The notes: a model not told the origin generated them from the letters alone. Shown: positions 10,631 through 21,098, counted from the stretch's first letter. The stretch: 23,252 nt of DNA from Methanobacterium sp. (GCA_003166335.1 PMWA01000096.1:1-23252); one strand, 5' to 3'. Made by a program: numbers and translations.

Positions 10631-12334
10631 CTATGTTATATGTCCTCCATACAGGAATAGATGATCCAGGATGGGTCCGAGAGTGAATACTGGGAAAAAT
10701 GTGAGTGCACCTAGTAGAATCACTACGGCTACAACTATAATTATGAATAACGGACCGGTAGTGGGGAATGAAGCAGAAGTTATTGGAACCTTTCCTTTCT
10801 GTGCTAACAAACCAGCTAATGCAATTGCAGGTATTATAGTAGCAAATCTACCTACAAGCATAGCTAATCCACCTGTTAAGTTATAAAATAACGTATTAGC
10901 GCTTAATCCTGCGAATGCTGAACCATTATTTCCAATCGTGGATAAGTAGGCATATAAAATTTCTGAAAGACCATGAGCTGAGGGGTTAGCCAAACTGGAT
11001 AGTCCGGCAGGCGTGGTGATGGCGATGGCAGCAAGAGTCAATATTGCCACGTGAGGTAATACGATAGGTATAACCGATAATATCATCTCAGGAGGGCCTA
11101 ATTTCTTCCCGAGGAATTCTGGTGTTCTCCCTATCATGAGTCCAGCTATGAACATTGATAAAATAACGTAGAACAACATGCCAATCAACCCCACGCCAAG
11201 ACCACCATATATGACTTCACCCGTGCACATGTTGAACATGTACACTAGTCCGGTTAGGGGCATTACACTATCATGCATGGAGTTTACTCCTCCGTTTGAC
11301 ACGTCCGTTGTGGCAACTCCCCATAGTACCGATTGGGTAACACCGAATCTTACTTCTTTACCTTCTAAATTACCTCCAGTTACGCCCATTTTTTCTAGTA
11401 TAGGGTTGGGTTGGCTTTCGGTGTATAGGGCTATTCCCAGTCCTAATCCGAATAATATAGTCATAACGGAGAATATGGCTAATCCTTGTTTAAAGTTTTT
11501 AATGAGGTAACCGAATGTAAATACTAGGGATATAGGTATTAATAAAATGGCTAAGATTTCTAAAATGTCAGTTATAGTGTTAGGATTTTCGAAGGGGTGC
11601 GCGGAGTTTGCATTGAAGAATCCTCCCCCATTGGATCCGATCATTTTTATAGCTTCTTGGGATGCGACGGGTCCAACCGCTATAGTTTGATTAACTCCTT
11701 CCAGAGTATGCGCCGTAATATACGGATTGAATGTTTGCACCACGCCTTGTGAGGCCAGTACTATGGCTAGTATCACGGCGATTGGTAGTAATACGTATAA
11801 TAGGGCTCGTGTGAGGTCTACCCAGAAGTTCCCGATTTTGTCTGTGTTTTTTCTGGTGAATCCTCTAATTAGAACAAGTAATGCTGCGATGCCTATTGCT
11901 GCTGATAAAAAGTTTTGCACGGCTAGACCTGTCATTTGAGTGAGGTAGCTCATAGTGGTTTCGCCAGCATAACCTTGCCAGTTAGTGTTGGTGGCGAATG
12001 ATATGGCGGTGTTGAGTGCTGAATCCCAACTTACACCAGGAAGTCCTTCAGGATTGAGCGGTAAAAATCCTTGTAATAGTTGTAATGCAAAAAGAAATAT
12101 TATACCAATGATATTTAGCATTATCAATGCGTAAGCGTATTGCTTCCAATTCATTTCCTTAGTTTCATCAGTACCTATTAAACGGTACATGAACCGTTCT
12201 ACTGGCTGCATTAAGGGAGTCATGAATGTTCTCTGCCCAGTGAACACTCGAGACATGTATTTGCCTAGTGGTATTGCAAGTGCTACGACGATTATGAAAA
12301 GTATTAGAATGAAAATTATATCTAGGATTCCCAA
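10631..12334 (-). CDS. kdpA: K+-transporting ATPase subunit A
   Basis: Selectivity-filter segments TNTNWQ, GSNGGGFF, VSNGGVN and GNNGSAF, plus GLMIGRTPEFLGKK. TTG start after GGGGGGAG. Confidence 0.98.
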   Translation of the reverse strand: MGILDIIFILILFIIVVALAIPLGKYMSRVFTGQRTFMTPLMQPVERFMYRLIGTDETKEMNWKQYAYALIMLNIIGIIFLFALQLLQGFLPLNPEGLPGVSWDSALNTAISFATNTNWQGYAGETTMSYLTQMTGLAVQNFLSAAIGIAALLVLIRGFTRKNTDKIGNFWVDLTRALLYVLLPIAVILAIVLASQGVVQTFNPYITAHTLEGVNQTIAVGPVASQEAIKMIGSNGGGFFNANSAHPFENPNTITDILEILAILLIPISLVFTFGYLIKNFKQGLAIFSVMTILFGLGLGIALYTESQPNPILEKMGVTGGNLEGKEVRFGVTQSVLWGVATTDVSNGGVNSMHDSVMPLTGLVYMFNMCTGEVIYGGLGVGLIGMLFYVILSMFIAGLMIGRTPEFLGKKLGPPEMILSVIPIVLPHVAILTLAAIAITTPAGLSSLANPSAHGLSEILYAYLSTIGNNGSAFAGLSANTLFYNLTGGLAMLVGRFATIIPAIALAGLLAQKGKVPITSASFPTTGPLFIIIVVAVVILLGALTFFPVFTLGPILDHLFLYGGHIT

Positions 12335-12465
12335 ATTAAACTCCCCCCAAAAGAGTTCATATATCGTTTCAGAATTATTTTCTCATATGATTTTTTAAAG
12401 CTAGATAATATATTAATATTAATAAAGAGTTTTTTTCCAGTTAAGTTTTCATTTTTATATTCCAC
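12322..12465 (-). CDS. putative 47-aa leader/uORF at the position normally held by kdpF
   Basis: Below the ORF-track cutoff. SD AGGAGGT, 7-nt spacer, then GTG at 12465. Reads MEYKNENLTGKKLFININILSSFKKSYEKIILKRYMNSFGGSLIWES, with the TAG stop (12324-12322) inside the first codons of kdpA. Basic and not KdpF-like. Confidence 0.45.
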   Translation of the reverse strand: MEYKNENLTGKKLFININILSSFKKSYEKIILKRYMNSFGGSLIWES

Positions 12466-12470
12466 TTTTT

Positions 12471-12527
12471 TTACCTCCTAAAGAAATTTATCCTCCAAGA
12501 GTGCATTTTTTATGTAGGGGGAGGTAA
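12471..12527. promoter_or_regulatory. inverted repeat TTACCTCC/GGAGGTAA: possible SD-sequestering hairpin or operator in the kdp leader
   Basis: TTACCTCC at 12471-12478 and GGAGGTAA at 12520-12527 are exact complements, and one arm is the uORF SD. Confidence 0.45.
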
Positions 12528-12808
12528 TTCAAAATTTAAAAACTTTCACTGATCTTTTTTATAGCTTCATTTTAGCATGAAATATGTTCAAACTGTTATT
12601 ATTATTCTTTCTTTTTTCCACCCATAATATTTGGAGTAAATGATTCATAACTATTATAGAATAGGTGAATGAATCTTTTAATAACAGTATTATATGAAAA
12701 GGAAGCTTTTTATATAATTTATAATGATTATACATGTTTAAATACATTATAGTGTTGTTTATATCACTTTCCCATAATTTTTTAGCTTGTAAAGGTAATG
12801 CAATACTA

Positions 12809-12843
12809 TTATATAAAGATTACGCCGGCAAAGGCCGGAACAG
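12809..12843. promoter_or_regulatory. TATA-like box with adjacent GC-rich repeat (candidate kdp promoter/operator)
   Basis: TTATATAAAG (minus strand CTTTATATAA) at 12809-12818, next to GCCGGCAAAG GCCGGAACAG (12824-12843) in otherwise very AT-rich DNA. Confidence 0.35.
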
Positions 12844-13484
12844 ATTTATTTATTCCTTAATTTTGCTTCGTTTTTCTTTTATTCGGAATATTCTTCCAAC
12901 AAAATAGTATTAATATTTAAAGTGATGCTAAATTTAGCAGATTAAAGGAATAATCACATTTTTTTAAAGTTATTATTTTTTTTAAGAACAATAGTATTAT
13001 TTAATATGGACTTATGTGGTTTAGTTTAAATTATAAACTCAGTAGATTACCCTCTTAATCATTAGAGAACGATATTTAAATGATGATATTTAAAGAAAAT
13101 GGGATCATCTAACTGTGTTTAACTATTATTAAAAATTATCACCCCAATAGGATAGTTCAAAATAAAAAAAACTTTGAAATTAAATTCTTATTATTAAATC
13201 AAAATAAAGTTTAATTTTTGGATAATATTGCTTTAAACTACTCTAATGGGCTAAATATTTAGAATTTACATTTTGAATATTTAAATTTTATAATAATCTA
13301 ATTTAATTAATAAATCCTTTAATTTAAATATATATTAGATAAAAAATAATTATAGCTATAAAGTTAGTAATAAAACTATTTTATTAATAGTAATTTTATA
13401 ATTTAACTGAGATTTTTATTTTCAAAGTTTGCATTTAATTTCAGTTAATTTAATATTATAATTTAAAAAGAGTTTCAGGTTAAC

Positions 13485-14672
13485 ATGATGAATTATGATG
13501 TATTAGTAGTGGGTGCTGGTCCCGTTGGTTCAACATTTGCCAGATATATGGCATTAAACGGGTTTAAAGTAGGTGTCTTAGAAAAAAAGAAGGAAATCGG
13601 TGTACCTCTCCAATGTGCTGGACTTTTGGGTAAACAAATAAAAAATGTTAATCCTTTACCAGATGAACTTATCATAAATCAAGTTTATGGAGCTTATCTA
13701 CATTCACCTTCTGATAATGAACTTAAAGTTTCTAAAAATGAACCACAAGCATATGTACTAGATAGAGTAGGATATGATAAATTCCTCGCCCAATTAGCAG
13801 TAGATGCCGGGGCTGATCTGTTTTTAAATCATCGAGTAAAGGATGTTGATATTAAAAATGGTCATGTTTATATGAATAAGGATAAGAGGGAGATGAGTGC
13901 TAAAATCATCATCGGAGCCGATGGTTATAATTCATTAATATCTGAAAAAGTCTCTAATAAATCCTATAAAACTCCGAAACAAGTTCAAGCTGCTCAATTC
14001 CTAGTTAACTTCAAACAAGATTTATTTGACACAGATTATGTGCATCTTCATGTGCGTGCTGCGTTATCCCCCGGATTCCTCTGGACAATTCCTTTATCTG
14101 AATCCACAGCTAGAATAGGTTTATTTGGAAATTCTGATTACCATTATCTCAATAATATCTTAAAAGATTTTCTAAATCATAATACTATATTCGGAGAATA
14201 TTCTATTTTAAAGAAATATTATGGAATGATACCAGTCTATAATTCGAAGAAAAAATTAGTTAATAATAGATGTCTACTATTGGGTGATGCTGCATCTCAA
14301 GTTAAACCAACCACTGGGGGTGGGCTTATAATGGGCTTTAAATGTGCAAAGATAGCAGCTGACATTACATCCAAAGCATTAGATAATGATAATATAGGAA
14401 ATTTAACGGATTATGAGTCAGAATATCAAAATAAATTTAGAAAAGAACTTAGTATGCAGCGTAGATTGCAAAATTTATTTAAAACATTAAGTGACAGTGA
14501 TCTGGATTATATGTTCGATAAACTTAAAGAAAAGGGTGCCGAGAAGATTATTTCCGAGTATGGGGATATGGATAGTCAATCTCCTCTGGTAAAGGAGTTA
14601 ATTAAGAATGGTCTTCTTTTCACGATATTACCTAAGATTTTATCTAGGAGGATACTTAGTTTATGGAAATAG
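13485..14672 (+). CDS. geranylgeranyl reductase family FAD-dependent oxidoreductase
   Basis: [12 protein letters not shown]ossmann motif, [14 protein letters not shown] (PxxC), [27 protein letters not shown]. Confidence 0.88.
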   Translation: MMNYDVLVVGAGPVGSTFARYMALNGFKVGVLEKKKEIGVPLQCAGLLGKQIKNVNPLPDELIINQVYGAYLHSPSDNELKVSKNEPQAYVLDRVGYDKFLAQLAVDAGADLFLNHRVKDVDIKNGHVYMNKDKREMSAKIIIGADGYNSLISEKVSNKSYKTPKQVQAAQFLVNFKQDLFDTDYVHLHVRAALSPGFLWTIPLSESTARIGLFGNSDYHYLNNILKDFLNHNTIFGEYSILKKYYGMIPVYNSKKKLVNNRCLLLGDAASQVKPTTGGGLIMGFKCAKIAADITSKALDNDNIGNLTDYESEYQNKFRKELSMQRRLQNLFKTLSDSDLDYMFDKLKEKGAEKIISEYGDMDSQSPLVKELIKNGLLFTILPKILSRRILSLWK

Positions 14673-15715
14673 CGTTTATATTATCTCTTGAACATCCTAC
14701 TCTTCCCAAAGCAGAAATAAAAGCTGTTTTAAAGGCTGAGGATATATCATTTACTATTAAAAAAGATTTTGGGGGATTATTAATTTTGGAAATCCCTCAA
14801 ACATATTTAGAGATTCTTAAAACAGCTGGAAAACGGCTTTCATTAACTCATGAGGTCTTCCAGATTTATATTAATACGGATAAATCCCATTTGAAGATGG
14901 AAGTTGAAAAATATCCGTGGAATAAAATGTTATTAAGTGATTATGCGGTTAGAGTAAAGAAGATGGGATTAAAATCTGATATTAATACATTAGAACTTGA
15001 AAAAGAGATTGGTGGATTAATAAAGGATAAATTAGGATACAAGGCTAAAATAAATCTTGAAAATCCAGATAAATTTTTAAGAACAGTTTTAATAAATAAT
15101 TTCGCATTCATGGGATTAAGAATAGTTAAAATATCTAAAAAACACTTTTTTGAAAAAAAACCACATAAAAGACCATTCTTCTATCCAGGATCTATGAGTC
15201 CTAAACTAGCCCGTTGCATGGTTAATTTAACCCAGATAAAAAGTGGTGATAGATTATTAGACCCTTTCTGCGGCACTGGAGGAATACTTATAGAAGCTGG
15301 GATCATCGGGGCTCGCGTAGTAGGCACTGATATTGACCCTAAAATGGTGAAAGGAACCATTGAAAACCTCCAGCACTGTGATATAAATGATTACGAAGTG
15401 TTCAAATCGGATGCTAGAAAACTAAAACTTCCATATAAAGTAGACGGTATAGCTACTGATCCTCCTTATGGTATCTCAGCATCTACTAGAGGTTCGGATA
15501 GCAGTAAACTCTACGAGGGAGCATTATTATCATTAGAACATTTAATAAAAGACGAGGGATTAATGTGCCTAGCAACACCTCACTACATGGATATTAATAA
15601 CATACTAAAAGGTACAAAGTTTGAAATAATAGAACAACATCACATAAGAATGCATAAAAGTTTAACTCGGGTAATTTCTGTGCTGAAAAAAAAAATTATA
15701 GTAATTAATTCTTAA
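14663..15715 (+). CDS. trm11: tRNA (guanine(10)-N2)-methyltransferase, THUMP + SAM-MTase (Trm11/TrmG10 family)
   Basis: [14 protein letters not shown]-terminus, THUMP region, [42 protein letters not shown] and HKSLTR. Overlaps the upstream gene by 10 nt. Confidence 0.88.
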   Translation: MEIAFILSLEHPTLPKAEIKAVLKAEDISFTIKKDFGGLLILEIPQTYLEILKTAGKRLSLTHEVFQIYINTDKSHLKMEVEKYPWNKMLLSDYAVRVKKMGLKSDINTLELEKEIGGLIKDKLGYKAKINLENPDKFLRTVLINNFAFMGLRIVKISKKHFFEKKPHKRPFFYPGSMSPKLARCMVNLTQIKSGDRLLDPFCGTGGILIEAGIIGARVVGTDIDPKMVKGTIENLQHCDINDYEVFKSDARKLKLPYKVDGIATDPPYGISASTRGSDSSKLYEGALLSLEHLIKDEGLMCLATPHYMDINNILKGTKFEIIEQHHIRMHKSLTRVISVLKKKIIVINS

Positions 15716-15763
15716 ACAAATAATTAATCAAAAAATAAAAAAAATCAATAGTTGGGATTTCTT

Positions 15764-17266
15764 GTGGATGTTAGAATATTAGATACTACACTTAGAGATG
15801 GTGAACAAACCCCTGGAGTTTCCCTCACTCCAGATGAGAAATTAAGGATAGCCATCAAATTGGATGAATTAGGAGTTGATGTTATAGAAGCAGGATCCGC
15901 TATAACTTCAGAAGGTGAAAGAGAGGGGATTAAGAAAATAGTTTCGGAAGGTTTATCCGCTGAAATATGCAGTTTTGCACGTGCACTTAAAATCGATGTA
16001 GATGCAGCATTAGAATGTGATGTAGAAAGTGTACACTTGGTTATTCCCACATCCGATTTACATATTAAACATAAATTAAGAAAAACCAGAGAAGAAGTTA
16101 AAGATTTAGCTGTTCAAAACACGGAATATGCATTGGATCATGGGTTAATCGTAGAGTTATCAGCAGAAGATTCAACCAGAAGCGATTTTGATTACTTAAC
16201 TCAATTATTCAAGGAAGGAATAGAAGCTGGTGCAAATAGGATTTGTGCCTGTGATACTGTAGGAATGCTCACTCCTGAGAAGGCTTACGATTTTTATAAA
16301 CCACTAACAAAACTTGGAGTACCTTTAAGCGTTCACTGTCACAATGACTTTGGATTAGCTGTAGCAAACTCACTTTCTGGATTAAGAGCGGGAGCCAGTC
16401 AAGCTCATGTCACAGTAAATGGAATAGGAGAAAGAGCCGGAAATGCATCATTAGAGGAAACTGTAATTGCATTACACTCCCTTTATAATATACCTACTAA
16501 TATACATAATGAAATGTTATATGATTTATCTAAAATGGTTGCCAGGTTAACTGGTGTTTATTTACAGCCAAATAAAGCTATTGTTGGAGAAAATGCCTTC
16601 GCACACGAGTCAGGAATACACGCTGATGGAGTGATGAAAAAAGCAGAGACTTATGAACCTATAACACCAGAATTGGTGGGTCATAAGAGAAGATTTGTCA
16701 TGGGTAAACATGTAGGCTCTCATATCATACAAAAACGCATCCAAGAGATGGGATTACGAGTGAATGATCAGCAATTCCAACAAATATTTAGTAGAATAAA
16801 ATCATTAGGTGATAAAGGTAAATGCGTTACAGATGTGGATTTACAGGCAATTACCGAGGATGTAATGGGAATACTCGCCGAGAAAGTGGTTGAACTTATA
16901 GACCTCACCATAGTTTCTGGAAATAAAGTTACTCCAACTGCTTCGATTCGACTCAACATAGATAATAATGAAGTTCTTGAGGCCGGTATTGGAATAGGTC
17001 CGGTTGATGCAGCTTTATTAGCAGTCAGAAAAAGTATAAAGGATTTCGCAGATATTGAGCTTGAAGAATACCACGTTGATGCAATAACTGGAGGTACAGA
17101 TGCATTAATTGATGTTGTGGTAAAACTCAAGCATGAGGGTAACATTGTCACCGCTAGAAGCACCCAACCAGATATTATAATGGCCAGTGTAGAAGCATAT
17201 TTAGGTGGAATAAACAAAATATTAGGCTCTAAATATGTTAAAAAAATAAAAGAAGGAGATTTATAA
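15764..17266 (+). CDS. cimA: (R)-citramalate synthase (LeuA/CimA DRE-TIM family)
   Basis: [55 protein letters not shown] and a C-terminal LeuA-type regulatory domain. GSAITS and VHLVIPTS match archaeal CimA better than LeuA (recalled, not aligned). GTG at 15764 preferred over the track's TTG at 15752. Confidence 0.82.
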   Translation: MDVRILDTTLRDGEQTPGVSLTPDEKLRIAIKLDELGVDVIEAGSAITSEGEREGIKKIVSEGLSAEICSFARALKIDVDAALECDVESVHLVIPTSDLHIKHKLRKTREEVKDLAVQNTEYALDHGLIVELSAEDSTRSDFDYLTQLFKEGIEAGANRICACDTVGMLTPEKAYDFYKPLTKLGVPLSVHCHNDFGLAVANSLSGLRAGASQAHVTVNGIGERAGNASLEETVIALHSLYNIPTNIHNEMLYDLSKMVARLTGVYLQPNKAIVGENAFAHESGIHADGVMKKAETYEPITPELVGHKRRFVMGKHVGSHIIQKRIQEMGLRVNDQQFQQIFSRIKSLGDKGKCVTDVDLQAITEDVMGILAEKVVELIDLTIVSGNKVTPTASIRLNIDNNEVLEAGIGIGPVDAALLAVRKSIKDFADIELEEYHVDAITGGTDALIDVVVKLKHEGNIVTARSTQPDIIMASVEAYLGGINKILGSKYVKKIKEGDL

Positions 17267-17365
17267 AAAATAATTATAATTTTTTTCTTTTTATCTTTAA
17301 TCATCATTTCTTTTTAAATCTAATTTTTAATTTTAATCATAAAGAAAAATATAAATGATGAGAAT

Positions 17366-17881
17366 ATGATGCTACTTAAACCAAATAATGATTATAAAAT
17401 TCAAATATCAGGTTTTAAGTCCAATATAACCGATTTTACAGACTTAATGAATAATATTAATGAATTAAGCCAGAAGTGCACCATTCAACTATTAAATGCT
17501 GATGGAATTGCAGGATATGAACATATTCTTCATGCAACAATTCATGCAATTAAAGCATTCGAAAGGGATGAAAACATTGCAAATGACCTTGGACTTGAAA
17601 TATGCGTGCGAGCATCAGCCCAAAGACAAATATCAAAAGCCCTTAATATCCTGGGGATAAAAGAGGGTGAAATGAACATTTGCGCCGTCACAGTAGGTTG
17701 CACTGAAAATATAACGGATTTATTAAAAACAATACTGGGAAATAAGGATGATGAAGTTTTAAAACCTGATGAAATCATTTTAAAAAAGACTTATAATATT
17801 TCAGATCTAGAAATTGAAACTATGGGCAGTATTTCCAATGTAATGATTGAAAGAACGACACTTCTAATAATTGAAACTTAA
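17366..17881 (+). CDS. cgi121: KEOPS complex subunit Cgi121
   Basis: IQLLNADGIAGYEHILHA...AIKAF...NIANDLGLEICVRASAQRQISKALNILG is the Cgi121 signature. Confidence 0.9.
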   Translation: MMLLKPNNDYKIQISGFKSNITDFTDLMNNINELSQKCTIQLLNADGIAGYEHILHATIHAIKAFERDENIANDLGLEICVRASAQRQISKALNILGIKEGEMNICAVTVGCTENITDLLKTILGNKDDEVLKPDEIILKKTYNISDLEIETMGSISNVMIERTTLLIIET

Positions 17882-17948
17882 AAATTTTTTTAAATTTATT
17901 CATCGTAAATTATCAGTGTTAAAAATACTAAAAAATAAATTCTATTAA

Positions 17949-18923
17949 TCAAATTACATCATCAATAATTTGGATAATTTCTTTTAAAGTATCATTTTCC
18001 ATGCATTGCATATCAAGATTTTTGATCTCTATACAAACTGCTTTCATTATAACTCTATCATATCTAGGGCAAACAGTTATTATACTCCTGCCTTCAACAT
18101 TCAACTTTTGCCTAAGCAAATAACCCACCTTTTTAGGTTCATCAACCTTTAAAGCAACGTTAATACCTCTCCTATCAGCATGAATAGATGATTTAAACTC
18201 TTTTTTAATAAAATCACATGCTTCAACTGTTTTTGATAATATACGAGAGGCATTATTCACTTCCGTAAATATTCCTGCACAAGTTATAGGATCCGCTTTT
18301 AACGTTTTTAAAATAAATTTAGATTTTTTGAAAATTTCATTATCATTTGTTGAGATAAATCCACCGTTTCCAACGTTTATTATTTTAGGAGAGCCCGTTG
18401 AAGCCACAATTACATGAGCATGATGACCATTAGAGAGTTTTCTTTCTTTATCACCAACTCCTCCTGAAGCATCCTCCACTAAAATAACACCATTATCATC
18501 ACAACATTCAAATAATTCTTTTACAGGCTGTTCGGCAATATAACCGGCAAAACTTGTTATAAAAAGAGCTTCTGGCTTATATTTATCAATAGTATCCTCA
18601 AGAACTTTAGGATTAATAACTCCCAACTCGGTGGGGACTTCTATTATTTCACAGCCAAGAAATTCTGCTATATTTTTAAATCCACTCCAGCCACCCTGAT
18701 CTGGAATTAATATTTTACCTTTAAATGAACTCATAGCAGCTAAAATAGCGGAATTACCACTATTTACAATTTTAACGTGTTCATGTCCTGTAATTTCACT
18801 TATTTTATCCTGAGCATGTTTGATTTCATTAAATCCCCGGTTTGATGCATGATCCGTCTGCATTGCAGCTTCACACATTGCTCTTCTAGCATCAATCGAT
18901 GATTTTTTAAAGTATAATTCCAA
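17949..18923 (-). CDS. fold-type-I PLP-dependent enzyme (DegT/DnrJ/EryC1/StrS-like), function unknown
   Basis: VNSGNSAILAA, LVEDASG (PLP-binding Asp) and STGSPKIINVGNGGFI (putative Schiff-base Lys). TTG start. Confidence 0.75.
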   Translation of the reverse strand: MELYFKKSSIDARRAMCEAAMQTDHASNRGFNEIKHAQDKISEITGHEHVKIVNSGNSAILAAMSSFKGKILIPDQGGWSGFKNIAEFLGCEIIEVPTELGVINPKVLEDTIDKYKPEALFITSFAGYIAEQPVKELFECCDDNGVILVEDASGGVGDKERKLSNGHHAHVIVASTGSPKIINVGNGGFISTNDNEIFKKSKFILKTLKADPITCAGIFTEVNNASRILSKTVEACDFIKKEFKSSIHADRRGINVALKVDEPKKVGYLLRQKLNVEGRSIITVCPRYDRVIMKAVCIEIKNLDMQCMENDTLKEIIQIIDDVI

Positions 18924-19393
18924 TTTTAACTCATCTCAAACATAATTTTATAAAAACAATATATCAGCTTTTAATTAAGATATTTTGTATCTTATCTTTT
19001 CAGATCCCATTTTCATTTATCTGTAATACTTTTATCTGGAATATATTCAAATAGAAAAGTTTCTTTAAGGTACAGTAAGAGACATAAATATATTTAGATA
19101 ACACTTATTTAATGGTTTAATAATGTTTTAAGGCTTCATAAACCACCCTAGTTAAAATTTTTTTTATTCAAATTTTTCCATCAATAGTATTACTTTCCCC
19201 TTCAAAATTCCATGATTTTTTTTTACACATTATAAAATCTCACGCATGAATATTTAACAATAAAATTTCACTAAATCAAATTTTTACCTTTAAAAAATTT
19301 TATTTTTCTTCCTCAACTTATGTTCTGGTTGTCATATAAATGTGGTAATAAAAATTAACTAAAATATTTAATAAAAAAAAATTTAAGATAAAA

Positions 19394-20557
19394 CTAATGG
19401 AAACAATCTAATGTTGTCTGCCTAGACTGTAAAAGTTCTTTTAAAATATCACTCTGCTTCACAAACTTTTGCAATGGTAACTTTAAATTAGAAGCTATAT
19501 AATCCAGGGACGTTTTCATGTCTTCAAATTCTCTGTAAGGTTGACTCATAGCACTTCTAATATTCTCCCTCACATTAAACACACCCAAAGGTATATAACC
19601 CTGATAAGCTTCCCTTAAAATAATAGCAGCAGATTGCTTCTTCTCACTAGCCAATGATTCTAATACCGCCATCTTAGAAGTGTAATAACAACCACCAACC
19701 CGTGAATAACCTTTTTTAACAGAGTTATGCTCATAATCTGAGAATATTAACTCCTCTCTACCTAGAACATGTAAGAATGCTTCCATCCATTCAAACTCCC
19801 ACTCCTGAGGTAATAAAAGAATAGCATAATAGTTATTGAGGCTGCTGAATTCGTAAACTCTATGAGTTTCGATAACATCATAATTTTTAACTTCTCTCAA
19901 CAATCTATTACCAATAGTACTGTCACAAGCTGTAATAGACCATCTAGTGGGAACTAATTTTCTATTGTCATCAATTCCCATAGTTCCCATTGAAAAAGCT
20001 TTCTGCATACTAGAAAATGGCACTTCTTTTTGGTGAAGATGCATCACCGCATCTGCAGCCTTCAAATCATTATCATAAAATGCTTTCTCCAATTCCCGAT
20101 CCCATTTCACATTATTAATATCAAATTTTTCAATTAAAGCACTAGGACCATGAGGAGCATGCTGCTCATTAAATGACATTCCCCTAGGCTTACTACCGAA
20201 CTCAGCTTCACTATCAATGGAATTACTGGCAAGTGATATTTCCTGTAATTTCTCAACGAAAACATTATCTAGATCAGTTATTTTAACTGTTTGCTTACCT
20301 CTCACCAGATTCAGTCGATAACCAATGATATCTTCCTGTGTTTTTTGATCGGGTATCCAAGATTCCGGAGTATCCATTATGGAGGTATCCCCATGAAGTG
20401 GAGTAATCATAGGTCCAGCATAAACTTTAGGATAATTCCAGCTTCCAATAAATACTGAAGGAGGAGTACTCCCATCTAATTCTTTGCCAATATCCACCGA
20501 TGGCATTTTTATTTTAGAAGTTAAACGCTTAAGGTAGGCTGCTTTGCCTTTTATCAT
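19394..20557 (-). CDS. Nre family PCNA-interacting DNA repair protein
   Basis: [60 protein letters not shown] and a C-terminal PIP box QTTLDCF. Confidence 0.88.
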   Translation of the reverse strand: MIKGKAAYLKRLTSKIKMPSVDIGKELDGSTPPSVFIGSWNYPKVYAGPMITPLHGDTSIMDTPESWIPDQKTQEDIIGYRLNLVRGKQTVKITDLDNVFVEKLQEISLASNSIDSEAEFGSKPRGMSFNEQHAPHGPSALIEKFDINNVKWDRELEKAFYDNDLKAADAVMHLHQKEVPFSSMQKAFSMGTMGIDDNRKLVPTRWSITACDSTIGNRLLREVKNYDVIETHRVYEFSSLNNYYAILLLPQEWEFEWMEAFLHVLGREELIFSDYEHNSVKKGYSRVGGCYYTSKMAVLESLASEKKQSAAIILREAYQGYIPLGVFNVRENIRSAMSQPYREFEDMKTSLDYIASNLKLPLQKFVKQSDILKELLQSRQTTLDCFH

Positions 20558-20636
20558 GATATTCTAATATATGCTTATAGTTAAATAAAAAGTTAATGAG
20601 AGCAAATGAAAAGTAATCGAGATTTAAATTATAATT

Positions 20637-21098
20637 TTAAAGTTCATCTCTTTTAACCAGCTTAAGTGAAGCAGAATTCATGCAATAACGTTTACCAGTC
20701 GGAGCAGGACCATCATCAAAAACATGACCCAAATGAGCGTGGCATCGAGCGCATAAAGCTTCCGTTCTAATCATAAAATGGCTTTTATCAACATTAGTGA
20801 TTACATTTTCCTCTGCAATAGGCGCCCAAAAACTAGGCCAACCCGTACCTGACTCAAATTTAGTCTCAGAATCAAACAAATCAGTACCACAACACACGCA
20901 ACGATAAATACCATCCTCATGACAATCATGATATTTACCCGTGAAAGCCATTTCAGTACCCTGCTTCCGAGCTACTTGATAAGATTCAGGACTAAGTTCT
21001 TTTCTCCATTCCTCATCCGTTTTCTCCACACGATCAACCAGTTTAATCTCACCAGTTTTAGCGAAAAAGATGGATACTTTTCCCATATCGCTTGTCAT
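20637..21098 (-). CDS. msrB: peptide-methionine (R)-S-oxide reductase MsrB
   Basis: GTEMAFTG, Zn ligands CVCC and CARC, GTGWPSF, HLGHVFDDGP and catalytic RYCMNS. Confidence 0.97.
   Translation of the reverse strand: MTSDMGKVSIFFAKTGEIKLVDRVEKTDEEWRKELSPESYQVARKQGTEMAFTGKYHDCHEDGIYRCVCCGTDLFDSETKFESGTGWPSFWAPIAEENVITNVDKSHFMIRTEALCARCHAHLGHVFDDGPAPTGKRYCMNSASLKLVKRDEL

Noticed and set aside
8596..12398. Series of plus-strand ORFs inside kdpB and kdpA
   Set aside because: Antisense shadows with Ser/Pro/Thr-rich, non-protein-like composition.
12559..12747. 62-aa minus-strand ORF upstream of kdpA as a possible kdpF
   Set aside because: No SD, low-complexity AT-driven composition, and no KdpF-like hydrophobic helix or ending.
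12340..12900. ydaO/c-di-AMP riboswitch or another known riboswitch upstream of kdpA
   Set aside because: I could not find the conserved GCUGAA-type core or the multi-stem GC-rich architecture by eye. An Rfam scan would be needed to exclude it formally.
15686..15695. A10 run near the end of trm11 as a phase-variation site
   Set aside because: It lies in the last ten codons after all catalytic motifs, so slippage would change only a few tail residues, and such runs are common here.
13493..17778. Minus-strand ORFs 13493-13675, 15745-16050, 16768-17307 and 17542-17778
   Set aside because: Antisense to well-supported genes (GGR family, cimA, cgi121).
18924..19393. 470-bp intergenic region as a hidden gene or ncRNA
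   Set aside because: Only short frames without an SD (e.g. MCKKKSWNFEGESNTIDGKI) and no GC-rich stem structure were seen.
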